From contig NC_043001.1 of the NCBI RefSeq assembly GCF_006345805.1, positions 85,684,001-85,748,000 on the forward strand: a stretch of 64,000 bases of DNA. The letters run 5' to 3'. The notes beneath the pieces were generated by a model that searched no databases, was not told the DNA's origin, and saw only the letters and a list, made by a program, of their open reading frames with translations. How positions within the stretch are numbered: the first letter of the stretch is position 1; every line of letters starts with the position of its first letter. The position numbers were made by a program, and so were the translations under genes. The stretch comes from Octopus sinensis. Taxonomy: Eukaryota. This document shows positions 1-25,261 of the stretch, piece after piece.

Positions 1-623
1 CTATGTATGTATGTATGTATGTATGTATGTATGTATGTATGTATGTACGTATGTATTTAGTTATGTATATTAGCGGGGATCATCGAGTACCCAATAACTA
101 CACAAGTGTAAGCATTCAATTGGTTGTGTTTGGAAATTGTCATTTCTTGTCACATGCATTATAACGTAGGGAGAGAATTTACTTTTGAGCTCCTAGGTTG
201 CTCCCCTTGGATAGCTACGTGATATATTACATAGTTAACCAATATTATCAGTAAAAATCTTATTAATAGAAAATAAGTCTAATTTCTCAAAAAGTAAGTG
301 ACTATTGCAAAAGGAGTAAAGATAAATGGAAGAAGGCGAACTCATAAAGATTTAAAGCTAGAAACTGGGTAGTATGCGATGCTCCATGTAAGCTTGCGTT
401 TTCTGTGACTACAAGAGTCAATAACGGACATACTCATCGAACATTCAAAATGTTTCCACCCACTTGTTTTATTCAAAATGGAAGTCTTTTTCCAAATTTT
501 TAACGCGCAATTGTCAAAACGGTCATATCTCCCAACAGATTTTGATATTATATTTAAAATACTTCGGTGAGCTTAGAACTCACTTTTCCGTCGTGCATTA
601 ATAACATTGTCTTTAGTTTATTT

Positions 624-925
<302 letters not shown>

Positions 926-1137
926 TTCCTTCTTTCTTCAAATTTTCTTCCATTTCTCGCCGAGTGTTTTCCGTACACCTAGGGCAGAGAAGCTCAATTG
1001 TATGCATTTCCAGATTACACACGCAAATTCACTGGTAAAATATGTATTTAAAAAATAAATAAATTCATAAATGGATGTTGTTTTCACAGCGATAATGCTC
1101 TTCTCAGTACATGAGTCGTTCCATTTAATTATTATTA

Positions 1138-1186
<49 letters not shown>

Positions 1187-3959
1187 CATCATCATCATCA
1201 TCATCATAGTCATATCTGTAACAATTTAGTATTTCACGTTGTATTGTATAGTTAATGTTGCACTCGTTCGACCACCAAATACAAATAGACAAAGGTTTGA
1301 TATAGTTTTATCAATATACCTCAAATTAACATTGTAGATTAAATATTACTTATTCTCTCTTCCATTCCTATATTGCTCAGACAGATCAGATTCAGTTAGT
1401 TTAAATCATTGTTGCAATACTGGATGAGCATATGCATTAAAAATTTACGTTGGTCTTCATATTTCGTGTGTTACGGTGCTCGTTTTTATTTGGAGTACAA
1501 CAACAGCTTGTCTCATATGGCTTCTGGTGTAAATTATATTTTTACTGTAGTGATAATAAGAAAATATTTACTTGTTCATGTCGGGAAGTTTTGCTGACTT
1601 ACGTTTAACAAGTAAAGGCATGTAAATCAGTCAATATTGTGGGATTTATGTTCCTAAGAGTGGAGACTGAATATATACGCATGTAAGTCTTTGACGATAT
1701 TTTTCTAAAGCACAATCGAAATTTAGGGCCGCTACCACGAATGTATCTTGTCAGAAGATATTTCAGCCTATGTAGTTAATTTACTTTTTTTCGAAAACAA
1801 TTTTTCGTAACAACTGAAATATTTACGAGCTATGAACCGAACTTAATCAAAGTCAACAAGATAACCACATCAGGTTAATACACTAACTGGAAATAGAATA
1901 GAAACAACATTCCTTCAGATAATAACATGACAGCTTAAAAAGAGAGACTGATAACATTGGATAGATCTTACATAGATTTATTAGAAACAACAAAATATAA
2001 TGATCATATAGAATTATGATGGCTCTAATAGTTATGTGAATATTGTAAAAATGTTCCACATTGAATTATACAAAAATCATGTCAGGAGAAAAACGATTAA
2101 CTCTAATGTGCATCTTCCCAATTCGTTACTGTGTTAGCCATCAAGTACTCTTTAAGCTAAGAATTTTAAAAATAGAGTACTAATAATTATTAGTGTACTT
2201 AGTAAAAGTAACGAGGGAGAAACGTTTTTCCGTTATTTGTTTCGTGTATTAATGATATGATACTATGCCTTCTGCTATTTGATTTACTTATTTTACACGG
2301 CAATTTTCGGAGAATAGCATCGTTGATTACAGGTGTCCAACAGAGCAATCACCACTTCCCTGCAGTTCTGACCGCGTCGTTAGCAAGTTAGAGACTGTGA
2401 CTCGGTGCAAAGGACATCGTTGAAAGAGCAGCATTTTTATCACCATCTGGTACATTGCGGCTAAGTTAATTTCCTAGTGCCATGCACTACTGTAGTTGAA
2501 TTTTCTAAGTTTGCAGTTGACGAGATTGTCATCTTTGCAATAGATGTGCAAACTGAGGAAACAAAATGGATTGAGAAATCTTTCTGAATCATGAGTCTTT
2601 GATTCTTCTCACAGCATATGAACAAACAAACACGCATTTAATTTAAGTATTATTAATTCTGCTACGGCAGCGAGGTTGTGGAATAGTATGCATGGCGGAC
2701 AAAATGTTTCGCCGCATTTCATCCGTATTTACGTTCTGCGTTCAAATTACGCCAAAATTGACTTTGATGAAAGTTGAACACCTGAGTCTCTGTTATCGAC
2801 TAGCCTCTGCCTACAAATTCTAGGCCTTGTGCCTATAATAGAAAAGATTATTAGCACAATTAAGGTGCTGGATTGGTTAAATCCTTAGCTCACCGGACAA
2901 AACGCTGGGCAGCATTTCTTCTAGCTTTTTACGTTCTGTGTTCAAATGCCTCAAAGGTCAACTCTACTTTTCATCCATTCGAGTTCGAAATAGGCACCAG
3001 CCTAGAACTAGGATCGATATAATCGTCTTCCCTTCCCCTAAGATGTTTTTGACTTGGATAAAATCTGAAATGATTATTAGGACTCTTGTGTTGCAGAATT
3101 CCAGGTATTTTATTATATAGCTTGAGGAGATTTTGTTTTTGTTGTTTTTTTTTTGTGGGGTAACATCGTGCGTTGATTCTCATCTTGATTCTCACCTCTT
3201 TCTCCTCAATACTAGAAACAATTGTTTCTGATGTCTTCATTGATTCATGGATTTTATGGTAGTCTAAAAGGCAAAGTAATGTTTGAACACTGAGCGTTTG
3301 TCGATGCTATCGAACCCTGTTCTTAACTGGTACGTTATTCTATCAGCACTAAATGGATGAAAAACGAACATGACGGTGTGATTTAAACACAAAACGTAAA
3401 AAGTTGGACAGTTGTTTTAAGGATAAAAGTATAAGCGCGAACGGTACCAAATATCTCAAGTAAATATCAAACTGAAGCGCTCGCACATACGCACACACGC
3501 ATACAAATACACATGCATACGAAGACATGTACGCAAACGACAAAGAGAAAGTAACTCGGCGTTTGCTGGGCCACCTAGAAATATCAGCCAAGATTTCCCC
3601 AACTTATAGCCTAATAGCTTTAAAATTGAAGAAGTTATTGGATAATATAGTCCTAGATTATCTTATAATATTGGACTAGTTGTTCACTGTTGGAAAGCAT
3701 TTGATCATGTACTGGCACAGGAAAAATACAGGCTAAAGAACATCATCAGTATCACTCACGCTCATCAGAAACCAATGACGTGGTATATCAGCCTGATTTA
3801 AACGGCAGTTAAAGCTTCCTCCTCTGCACAATCTTCCATCTTAAAAAAATAGAAGAGCAACATTTAAAACAAAAAGACGAGGCCACTCTGGCCTGAACGC
3901 TTTTTGCAAAATATCTGTTTCATCATATCTGATTTGGGACTAAATTAACAACAGAAGAA

Positions 3960-4097
3960 ACATGCATACATACATACATACATACTACATACATGCATAC
4001 ATACATAGATACATACATTCATAGATACATACATACATACAACAATACATACATTCATACATACATACATACATACATACATACATACATACATACA

Positions 4098-4130
<33 letters not shown>

Positions 4131-4229
4131 TCATAGATACATACATTCATACATACATACATACATGCATACATACATAGATACATACATTCATAGATAC
4201 ATACATACATACAACAATACATACATTCA

Positions 4230-4262
<33 letters not shown>

Positions 4263-4397
4263 TCATAGATACATACATTCATACATACATACATACATTC
4301 ATAGATACATACATGCATGCATGTATACATACATACAACAATACATACATTCATACATACATTCATACATACATACATACATACAACGATACATACA

Positions 4398-4431
<34 letters not shown>

Positions 4432-4694
4432 CATAGATACATACATGCATACATACATACATACATTCATAGATACATACATACATACATACAACAATAC
4501 ATACATTCATACATATATACATACATACATACAACAATACATACATTCATACATACATATATACAAACATACATATATTCATAGATACATACATACATAC
4601 ATACATACATTCATACATACATACATACATACATACATACATACATACATACATACATACATACATACATACATACATACATACATACACATAC
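3960..4694. repeat. Complex (ACAT)n tetranucleotide array with recurring variant units
   Basis: Direct reading; ATTCATAGAT and ACAACAAT variants recur. Confidence 0.97.
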
Positions 4695-7389
4695 AGGCGT
4701 ACATAACTCAGTTCAGGTAAGATCTGTTTTGAGTGGGCTGAATTATGTTTCCAATAAGTCATTTAAGATGGTAAGGTTCTCATCAATTCGCAGATAATCT
4801 TACCAAAACCCCAGTTTGATCAAGAATTATATGGGATTAAGTAGCAATAGTTATCACCCCTACGCACAGGGAATTTTAATTTGAATCGTTACGTTCATAT
4901 TTAGTCTTATTCATTCTCTAATCTGTGCTGAAATCGTATTAATATGAAGGATGATAATCGTTTGCTTTGATTACGATAGATTTTAATAGCATATGCTCAG
5001 TTATGACTGAAACTGAGTAGAGTTACAAATCTCAATAGCTTGTATTAATGAATCAATTATAAATAGTAATCAAATAATAATCTTGTTGTTACAGCAGGGA
5101 TTTCACATTCTTGTGCCTACCTATAGATACTGGGATTGAAATTTTCAATCAGAATTAAACACCTTGCACTGTGGAAGTTGTACGATGAACATTACCACAC
5201 TGTGAGATTTGTGTAAGTTGGTCCGCTCAGGCATTTGTGATCAATTTTGGGGCAGCATATAAGGGTTCTGGCCAAGATTATTTTATTATGAATTAACATA
5301 CGCCATAAAAAACTGTAGGCAAATAAGACTGTTGGTAATTATGTAACTTGTTGAAGCACACAGTACTGTTAACTATATATACTATATAGTCTACTAAAAG
5401 CCTGGTGGACTTGTATGTCCTTTGTTAAAAGCCCCTTCTACAGACATGGTCAATGTATTAAAATTCAAGGGCTAGTGACGCCTATATCACATAATGCTAT
5501 CTACTTATTGCTAGAAGTACTGGACAAACAACAGTTAACTAAGCATACTGCCCTGGGAAACATTAATATCATGGACACATCAGGTTATATCTGCTACTGG
5601 AGCTGCGTAACTCAGTAAACCTGTCTCACAGCCATTTGATGGGTGACTCAACAGGCCAACCTCACCTACTTATGTGAGGAGAATACTTTGAGTTTATTAG
5701 TAGTCGGAATTAAACCTGCAAAAATGGTAAAAAAAAGAAGTCCTCATATATAGGTCAACAGTTACCCATAGAACGGGAGACAAAAATACCACCAGTTTAT
5801 TTCACAATACAAACACAGTATGATGGCAAAAGGAAATTCAGAGAAGGATTGTTAGGTCCTTAATCTAAAGCTGCTCGCTGGGTTATAGATTTTGAGTGAT
5901 CGTCACAAAACTGGTAACTGCTCTTCATTGTGGTACCTACTTGAACAGGACTTTTATGGGCTTCATAATTAAGATGATGATGGAAATAATGACGATGTAG
6001 AAGAGAACACTACCAACTATAACTGCCATCTGGTAGTAATTCTTGTGATGCTGGAGCTAATGGTTCTGGTACTGTTAATGGTAACAGTCTTGCTTTTTGT
6101 GATTATTTAGATTGTGATCTTCATAATTTTATTATTTGGTTGCGATTGTAGAAAACACCATGTAGTTGATAATATTTGTGATTATTAGAAGGGTGCTATA
6201 ATAAGGTTAATAAAAATAATAAGGTTGTGATTATTATAAGGGTACTATAAAATAGGTTAATTGGAATGATATGGAATAAATATTGGTTTGTTTTTGTAAA
6301 AAATCTAAGAATTCTCTATCTATAAATAAATAATTTCCAAATTCTAAATCAAAGGAAATCAATTCTTATTGGTCAGAAAATACTCGTTTATGATAGACTA
6401 ACAAAATCAAAATAATAAAATTGTTAGAATATTGATAATTTTATTAAGCATATTCTCCGTTGGTCCTGCCGATGAATATTTGATTTCACTCAACTGAAAT
6501 TCTACATGTCAAATGAAGATCAAAGCGGCTGAGTATTCAACAGGTAAAGTCCTCTTAACAGACTACTCGGCTCGAATAACCATAACACAGTCTGAAAACA
6601 GTGGACATTTTGACTACAGGTACATTATAGAGAGTACTATACAGAGAGTGGTATGGATCCCTAGTAATGAGCAACTACTCTTTGTTTTCGACCCTGGATG
6701 AATGAAACGCAAATCTGACAACGATAGTATTTGAAACCAGAGAACCGAGCGCTGGAACGATACCGAAGGGAGTTCTATCCGATATACTAGTGTTTCAGGT
6801 GATTTACTATGCATCCTTTTCAGGAATCAAATAATAAAATGTTACCATCATGGACGGGATAACCAGCAGTTTGTTTTCAAATTAACGAAATCATCTTTTA
6901 TTGGCTGATTTATTATAAGAATCTTATCCAATATCAGCACAATTGACACTGTTTGATTAATATCGATTTGCATAATACCATAATATTCATAACGGCAAAT
7001 CTTACGAACCCCACGATCTTTACGATAACTACCACTCTATGAATTCAAAGTGTATTATTATAAAGCAGAAGCGTTATGTTGAACGATGATATCCTTGGTA
7101 TACAAAATCATAGGATGATCATAAATGATTTGCTATTAACCACAGATCGAATATATTTGAGGAGAAATGAGGCTGAAGAACAGAAACAACACTAAACTCT
7201 CTTCCACGCGGAAAAATCCCGCTTACACAACAGCGCAACAAATAATTAAAAAGAGATAGTTTAATTGTTCTTTTGAAAGACGGTAGGATATAGTAAGAGG
7301 AAGATTTGGTACCTAATTTTAGCACATCGGGTAACTGCGTAGATGCTCCCTTGTTAAGTCATTCAAAGCAAATATAGCAAGACATCAAC

Positions 7390-7779
7390 AGTGGATGGAA
7401 GCATTCCGTCGGTTACGACGATGAGGGTTCCGGTTGATCCGAATCAACGGAACAGCCTGCTCGTGAAAGTAACGTGTAAGTGGCTGAGCACTCCACAGAC
7501 ACGTGTACCCTTAACGTAGTTCTCGGGGATATTCAGCGTGACACAGAGAGTGACAAGGCCGGTCCTTTGAAATACAGGTACAACAGAAACAGGAAGTAAG
7601 AGTGAGAGAAAGTTGTGGTGAAAGGGTACAGCAGGGATCACCACCATCCCCTGCCGGAGCCACGTGGAGCTTTAGGTGTTTTCGCTCAATAAACACTCAC
7701 AACGCCTGGTCCGGGAATCGAAACCGCGATCCTATGACCGCGAGTCCGCTGCCCTAACCACTGGGCCATTGCGCCTCCA
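7390..7779 (-). mobile_element. tRNA-derived SINE, family 1 (probably an octopus OR-type SINE), near full length
   Basis: Head GGAGGCGCAATGGCCCAGTGGTTAGGGCAGCGGACTCG...GGTTTCGATTCC with A and B boxes; related copies at 13790-14160, 34275-34461, 46997-47310, 30040-30200, 10010-10297. Confidence 0.85.
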
Positions 7780-7985
7780 CTATCAACAGTAACAACAATA
7801 GCAACAACTAAAGTAGCAGCGAAGAACAAAATTTTAATAGCAGCGACAACAACAACAAACACAGCAAATATCGAAAGCAGCAACAACAACAACACATACA
7901 CTGCATTAACAGACATTAAGAAAAATCTCAAAAAACAAACGAAGAAATAATTATCAAATGAGCAAATATTAAACGTTCATTCTTA

Positions 7986-7991
7986 TTTATT
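7986..7991 (-). terminator. Candidate polyadenylation signal AATAAA, gene A
   Basis: First AATAAA about 180 nt after the stop; T/GT-rich sequence follows on the minus strand. Confidence 0.6.
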
Positions 7992-8172
7992 TTCATATCA
8001 CATGACAGAAATATTCACAAAAAAATTTATCGGTAGATATGTTGACATAATCGATGTAACATCTGGCATGACACTTCGTGACTTGTCATGTAAATGATCT
8101 TCGATTAGTCAACTCAATATATAGCTGTATTTCTTGAGTAAGTTCGAGTCAATGAGCCTGTAACTTGTTGCT

Positions 8173-19132
<10,960 letters not shown>

Positions 19133-19244
19133 GATTGGTGTTGGTTTTTAGTGTTAATCGACACTGGAACGACCAGAGAAATTGGAGGTGAAGAGTCTTG
19201 TTGCTTGAGAACCGGACTGTTGCTTGCTCGTTTAAAACATGACG

Positions 19245-19252
19245 TTTATATA
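19245..19252 (-). promoter_or_regulatory. TATA box of S-crystallin A (TATATAAA)
   Basis: 113 nt upstream of the ATG; gene B has a TATA box at an equivalent position; both share a downstream GTCC.GT..TCAAGCAA-like motif near the presumed start site. Confidence 0.75.
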
Positions 19253-19984
19253 GCTGAAGTGAGATGATTACATGCGATGACTAAATGTCCTAATGTTACA
19301 TGTATTATCATTATCGTTGAATAAAGAATTTCTGATGATAGCTACAGAATTAAGTCATAATTATACCTGTAACAATAGCAGCTACATATAATGGTAGTTC
19401 TTTTCTTGCCATGGACATGATCAAATTGACTCCGTCTAATTCAATTTTAAACTTGTATCAATTTTCAAGCAAATTATAGTCTCCGGGTGCGTTTCTATTC
19501 CTTGATTCTTCCTTTCGACAAGGTAGTGTATTTAAAAATGAGAGTACGTTTAAAAAACAAAATTACCACTTTTGAAAATTCTGTCTCCATTCCTTATTTA
19601 CGGTATAATTTTCTTGAAACAAAGATGTCATTTCCTTCTAATTGAATCTTTTGTCTGATCCAGGTCCCTCAGAATGCGCATATCAGTTAAAATCCTTTTT
19701 ATAGGATTGTTGCGTATTTAGGATTATGCTGGATAATATATTTAATTAATCATTTCATTTTTTTATTATTTCAAGTAACAAGGTTACAGTAGATTCGAGC
19801 TTTTGACCTATCTGTTACTGTTTTTAAACGTATCTTCTCGACCATATTACTCCTACCATAGTTTCAGAAGGTTCCTTAAAACCGAGCCCTTTTTCCTACT
19901 ACATTTATATTTGGGGAATAGTGAACATAACACAAACTAAGATAAATATTTACAAATTAATATTTACAGATTAATTAAGAACAA

Positions 19985-20460
19985 ATTTTGGCCAGATGTA
20001 AGCCCTATACCAACGGCAGCAGAAGGTGCCGTCTATGCGACATGGAGAGATGGCTTATCTGGAAAAGCAGCTTAGACCCTACTACATGTCTAAATACAAG
20101 GACAGAACTTTTCGGATCATGCCCACATGTGACTAAATTTCTGTTACGTTTTTGGTCCCCTAAAGAAAACAGATAGAACATGCTTTCTATGTTATGTCCC
20201 AAGAAGATTTTATATATTTTTATATATTTTTATATATTTTTTATGTATTTTTATATAATTTTTATGACGAAAAATGCGAGCGATGTATAAGTACGCAGGC
20301 AAGCAGAGTTATAACACAGTAATTTCCCTTTATTTAACGGTATTTTTTCATAGCGTTTTCAAATAGCCAGATAACCGAAGAGATGGTGTTGTGGATTTCC
20401 ACTTCGGCATCTGAAACTCAGAGTTTTATCTTGACTACCGAGTAAAGTAACATATTATTG
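19985..20460 (+). mobile_element. Penelope-like element 3' end: GIY-YIG endonuclease C-terminal fragment plus 3' terminal region
   Basis: ORF 19988..20176 has CKPY.NGSRRCRLC..E...I......LN.R.EL...C.H..KFLL, the C-terminal pattern of PLE endonucleases; followed by a hammerhead-like motif and (TA)n. Confidence 0.72.
20369..20431 (+). ncRNA. Type I hammerhead-ribozyme-like motif (PLE-associated)
   Basis: Stem I AGATAA/TTATCT; core CCGAAGA; stem II GATG..GTGGA-tt-TCCAC..CATC; GAAA; stem III ACTC-a-GAGT; cleavage triplet GUU. Confidence 0.6.
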
Positions 20461-20475
20461 TATGTATATAAATAT

Positions 20476-20565
<90 letters not shown>

Positions 20566-21910
20566 TTATGTATGTATGTATGTATGTATGTATGTATGTA
20601 TGTATGTATGTATAACTACAGAAGTATAAATTTAAAATGTTCTGGAAAGTATTCAATTATAAAAAGAAGGAGCCAATATAATCACTAAAAATGATATAGA
20701 CCAATACAAATTTATATACTCAAACGGTAGACTTTAAGGTATGTAAATGTAAGCAGCCGAACTCCTAGGTTACTTATTGGATAGTCAAAATTAAAAATAT
20801 TTTCTCCTGCAATTTGGACAACTTAATTTATATTAAGACATACACATATTGCTGAGAAAACTACATCGGACAAACAGGTACGACACTATAAGGAATGACG
20901 GTACACCGATAACATATCCGGGAAACAGAAAAATACTCAGGTCTTACGCAGCTATTTTGTCTTCTATTTTTGCTTGTGTAGTGACTCAAACTTGAACAGC
21001 AACGGAACAATACAAAAATGTATGTTATTGACAAATACAAGCCAAAACTCAACACGTAATACTTCAGTTAATTCACACCACTGACGACTATATACGTAGA
21101 ATCTTGTAAGCGATGATATTAATAAAAATTCTCACTAAATGATAACGAAGGTGTAGGGAATACCAATAACTAATCCAAGTGGAAAGAAACAGAAATATAA
21201 TTGTTCATTAGTGTATGCAAATGTCTTCCTAGTGTGACGTTCTGTGGATATATGCATACTGACAACACTGTTCTATACGTATAACTGGAAGCATTTATGT
21301 ATATATGTGTACATATATGCATATGTGGAAGTGTATGTATATAGCTGGATATGACATCAGCAGAAATATTAGCTACATTAACCCCACCGACAAAACTTGG
21401 GGTGACGCCTTCTAGGAATAAAAAGCATCATTCTTATAACAGAATTTGATTATTTTAGATAAGAAACGACGAAAAACACAAACAGAAAACAAAGCTATGT
21501 CCCTTGTTTTCGAAATGTCATTAGTGTTATATCTATTTACTTATTATCCCCTAACTGGTTTTAAATATAGAAAAATTACTCAAGTTTTTAAGATGAAATC
21601 AGCGAAACTGTATAATAGTTAGTTAAATCAATTTTTTTGTTATACTACAAAAGGACCCTTTTAGCAATAAAACACACACAAAAAGGTATACACAAAATCT
21701 TGTTTCTTTTGAGAATACTCGCAATGACGTGATTCCTGAATTCTCTCTTTCCTTCCTCCATTCTTTCTTATGAACATATATGTGATATATGTCAAACTCG
21801 ACATATGACTACCTACACTAATATTTAGGGTGTTTAGTCGAAATTTGACAGTTTGCATAAAAAGTAAAGACTGCAAAATATCACATTAATATATATATAT
21901 ATATATATAT

Positions 21911-22118
21911 ATAGTTAATCCAAACATAAAAACACAAAGAGAAAACACAACAACGCGAGGACGTGGAACAAATATAGTATTATTGGACGCTCAGAAAGGA
22001 AGGGAAGAAGGAGGATTTAACGTTTCGAGCGAAGTTCTTCGTCAGAAACATAGGAAAAGGAAAGATCCAGAGAAGGCAAGACGGTGGAAAAAGATCGCCA
22101 ACGGTACACACGCGGTGA
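21911..22118 (-). mobile_element. Short PLE-terminus-like repeat, copy 2, containing a minimal hammerhead-like motif (22015-22049)
   Basis: Minus strand GTTT-CTGACGA-A-GAAC-ttc-GCTC-GAAA-C-GTT-AAAT; flanked by (TA)n and (CA)n. Confidence 0.65.
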
Positions 22119-22138
22119 CACACACACACACATACACA

Positions 22139-22210
<72 letters not shown>

Positions 22211-22239
22211 TATATATATATATAATTAAAATCTCAAAA

Positions 22240-23013
22240 CCAATAATTTATATTATGGCTCGGCGAAACTAACTTTCACAAAGAAGTCGTCCTCAAATTC
22301 TCTCATGGCCTCAAGACGTCTGCCGGATCTGGCGCAAGCGTTGTACACTGTGACCCTGGAAAGTTCTTCGAACATCTTGATCTTGCTTACAAGCTCAGTA
22401 TTGGTGGTTTGTGCCACTGAACAATGTTTCCCCGCATACTAATCCATGAGATTACAATCGGGGGTATTAGAAGACCAAAAGAAAAAAAACAGAGCTGATG
22501 AAGTCGTAGAAATTCTCTGATCACCACATTTTAGTCTTTATACGACCGAATCCTGCTGCGATACACGTAGCCTTCCAGCAGCAACCCCCTCATGCTAGGG
22601 TTTGACCCCAGTCTCTCACAGATTCACATTGCCGTCTGAATTGAGCCTAATGCCCTGCTCAAAGACATGGGGACGATTTCCACTGTACTGGTTCATTCGT
22701 GCTGCCTGCTATGTCACTTTCTGCTGGCCACGATTTCGTAATGTCCGTAGAAGCTAGCCATATCATGTGGTATAGCCCAACATAGTACTGAGAGGCACTC
22801 ATGATGCCAGCATTTTAATACTCAGCGCAAATCATCATGATGCAAGTAACTCTTTACCAAAATATAACTTCCGCTTTTCTATATAATCTTTCTCTCGACA
22901 ATAATTTTAATGTTTATACTCCCCGAAGGCGTTGACTGTTCATCAATACATCCAGCTGTTCGTAAATAAAGTAGACATAAGCAATCGTTAAATTTAGCAC
23001 GAGTACCCCGTAT
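22240..23013 (-). mobile_element. Degenerate Tc1/mariner-superfamily transposase relic
   Basis: Minus strand YV.QQDS and FWSSNTPDCNLMD*Y (compare WPP.SPD.NP.DY). Confidence 0.6.
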
Positions 23014-24600
23014 TTTAGTTAAACTGTTCAATGAAAACATTTATTCTGTGAAAGTGAATCTTTATATATTTTTTCATACATATAAACACATATAGAATAT
23101 ATGTATATTAGAAAGAAAAGAAAATTTTGACACATTCAATCTCTTCTCGGTATTTTTCTATTCATTTCTATCTGCACGTATGTATGTATGTATGTATGTA
23201 TGTATGTATGTATGTATGTATGTATGTATGTATGTATGTATGTATGTATGTATGTATGTATGCATGTATGTATGTATTATGTATGTATGTTTGTATGTAT
23301 GTATGTATGTATGCAAGTATGTAAATAAGTAGTATGGAATATAATCATATATGTATGTAATGAGAAAGAAATGGAGAGTATTCATATATGCATACACATA
23401 AATTGGTGTGTGCCAGTGTTTACCTGTATGTAGAGAGTAAATATGTTGATATGCATATACATTCATATATGTACCTATGTTTCAAATCTATGTGTATTTG
23501 ATACTGTTCGGGCAACGCTGGGGATCGTTAGTTATAATTCATATCATTACAATAGAAAAGTATCTTGAGCAACTCTACTATTGACATCTAATGTTTCCTG
23601 GTATTATTCCAATTATAGTTCAGTCTACAGGGGAAAACTGTGAATAGACGAGGCGAGAGAATACCTGATAACAAACTGATACTTTTATCTGCTGATTCAG
23701 TTGTTCCTCTCATGTCATAAGATTACCTATGTCTGAGACACTTTATCCTAGACTGCCTATTCAATCTAGCATTAATATATAAGCATTGCTTTGTGGTTAG
23801 GAAGCTCGTTTTCCAACCAAGTAGCTTCGAGTTCGAACATACTGCGCCTCTCTTTGGGCAACTGTCTTCTAGTGTAGCCTTGGGCGGATCGATGCCTTGT
23901 GAGATAATTTCGTAGATTGAAACTGCGTGTAATTCCCTAGTATGTATATACGAGGTTTGTCTGCAAAGTTGGCAGGCTGACCAAGAGACATCCACGGAAT
24001 ATAGCCAAATGTTCTTACAGAGGTGTTGCAGTCTGCTGCATATTGACTGATCGATAACCAATGTGATTTCTCACCACTGTGTCTATTCTATTGGGATGAA
24101 GCGTCGATCAGTTTGAATATAGAATCCAAACGTATGGAGATGTCTATAATTTCTTCTAAATTTGGCATGCTTATATTCCCCACCAGTTCTCAAATAGGAG
24201 TCCAATCTGATGTTATATGAACTAGCCTAGATACCAAGTATATCACAGCGCTTTTTAGTCTCAGTTGAGGCCAATATATTTATGCCGGCGCGCAATATTC
24301 TGTGTTTTATTCTCTTCATAATTTAACATCATGTGGTTGTTGTAAGCCACAGCCATTCTCAGTCATTCGGTGCCCTTCGTTTCCAATCGTCTGCCGAACA
24401 GATGTCTGCGCTTGGATAAATATAAATTCACTTGGAAATAGGTGACGGTTGACGACGGGAAAAGCACCCTGCCATACAGAATTTCCTATAACAAATTCCG
24501 TCAGATTCATGGTTCATATAGACATATGTATTATGTATGTATGCACACACACACACACACAGACTTATATATGTATGTGTGTATAGGTGTGTGTAATAAA

Positions 24601-25062
24601 ATAATTCTTGGATGGAATTTATTGACATTTAATGCATTGCTACGCGCGTTTCCCCAAATTACATGTCTCTTAATATAACAGTCTATATTCTTGGGATGGT
24701 TACAGTGTAGTCCGTAGTATCCGTGGGCAGCGGGAAGATTATCTTCAGGGATTCATTTCTTCAGACGATATAGCATTAATGGATGTTTAACAGAGGGATG
24801 TTCATCCTTTCTGGCCAGTGCGAAGGTTGATTATGGGGATTGATTGAGTAAAAATGGATAAACAACATTCTTTTAAAGATCCATTAATGTTATATCGTCT
24901 AAAGAAATGAATCCATGAAGATGATCTACCAGATGTTCACGGACACAACGGACTGTACTGTAATCATTCCAAGAATATGGACTGTGATCTTAAGAGACAT
25001 GTGGTTTGCAGAAATGCGCGTAGGGATGAATTAAATATTCGTAAATCCCATTCAATGATTAT
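24601..25062. repeat. Long imperfect inverted repeat (arms about 24601-24810 and 24851-25062)
   Basis: For example ACATGTCTCTTAA / TTAAGAGACATGT and GGATTCATTTCTTcAGACGATATAgCATTAATGGAT / ATCCATTAATGtTATATCGTCTaAAGAAATGAATCC; about 80% Watson-Crick by manual alignment. Confidence 0.95.
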
Positions 25063-25261
25063 CGTTATTATTACTATACTTAGCTTACATTATATCGTTA
25101 CAGCTCGATGCAATCCACACAAACTGGCTCACCTGTCAGCAGCATCAGATTAAGCCCGGCATAATGGAATACGAGCCTTATTTGCATATGCAAACGTTTC
25201 TTGTAAACAAATTATATATATATATATATATATATGTATATACAGAGGCTCATACACAGAG

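Noticed and set aside
7700-7779. tRNA-like sequences (also near 10230-10297, 14100-14160, 31370-31447, 34390-34461)
   Set aside because: They have A and B boxes but no complete cloverleaf and run into shared SINE bodies, so they are SINE heads, not tRNA genes.
21078-21112. CTGACGA...GAAT...GTA as another hammerhead (also isolated GAAACCGGTA at 42545-42554)
   Set aside because: Core or stems are incomplete; too degenerate to count.
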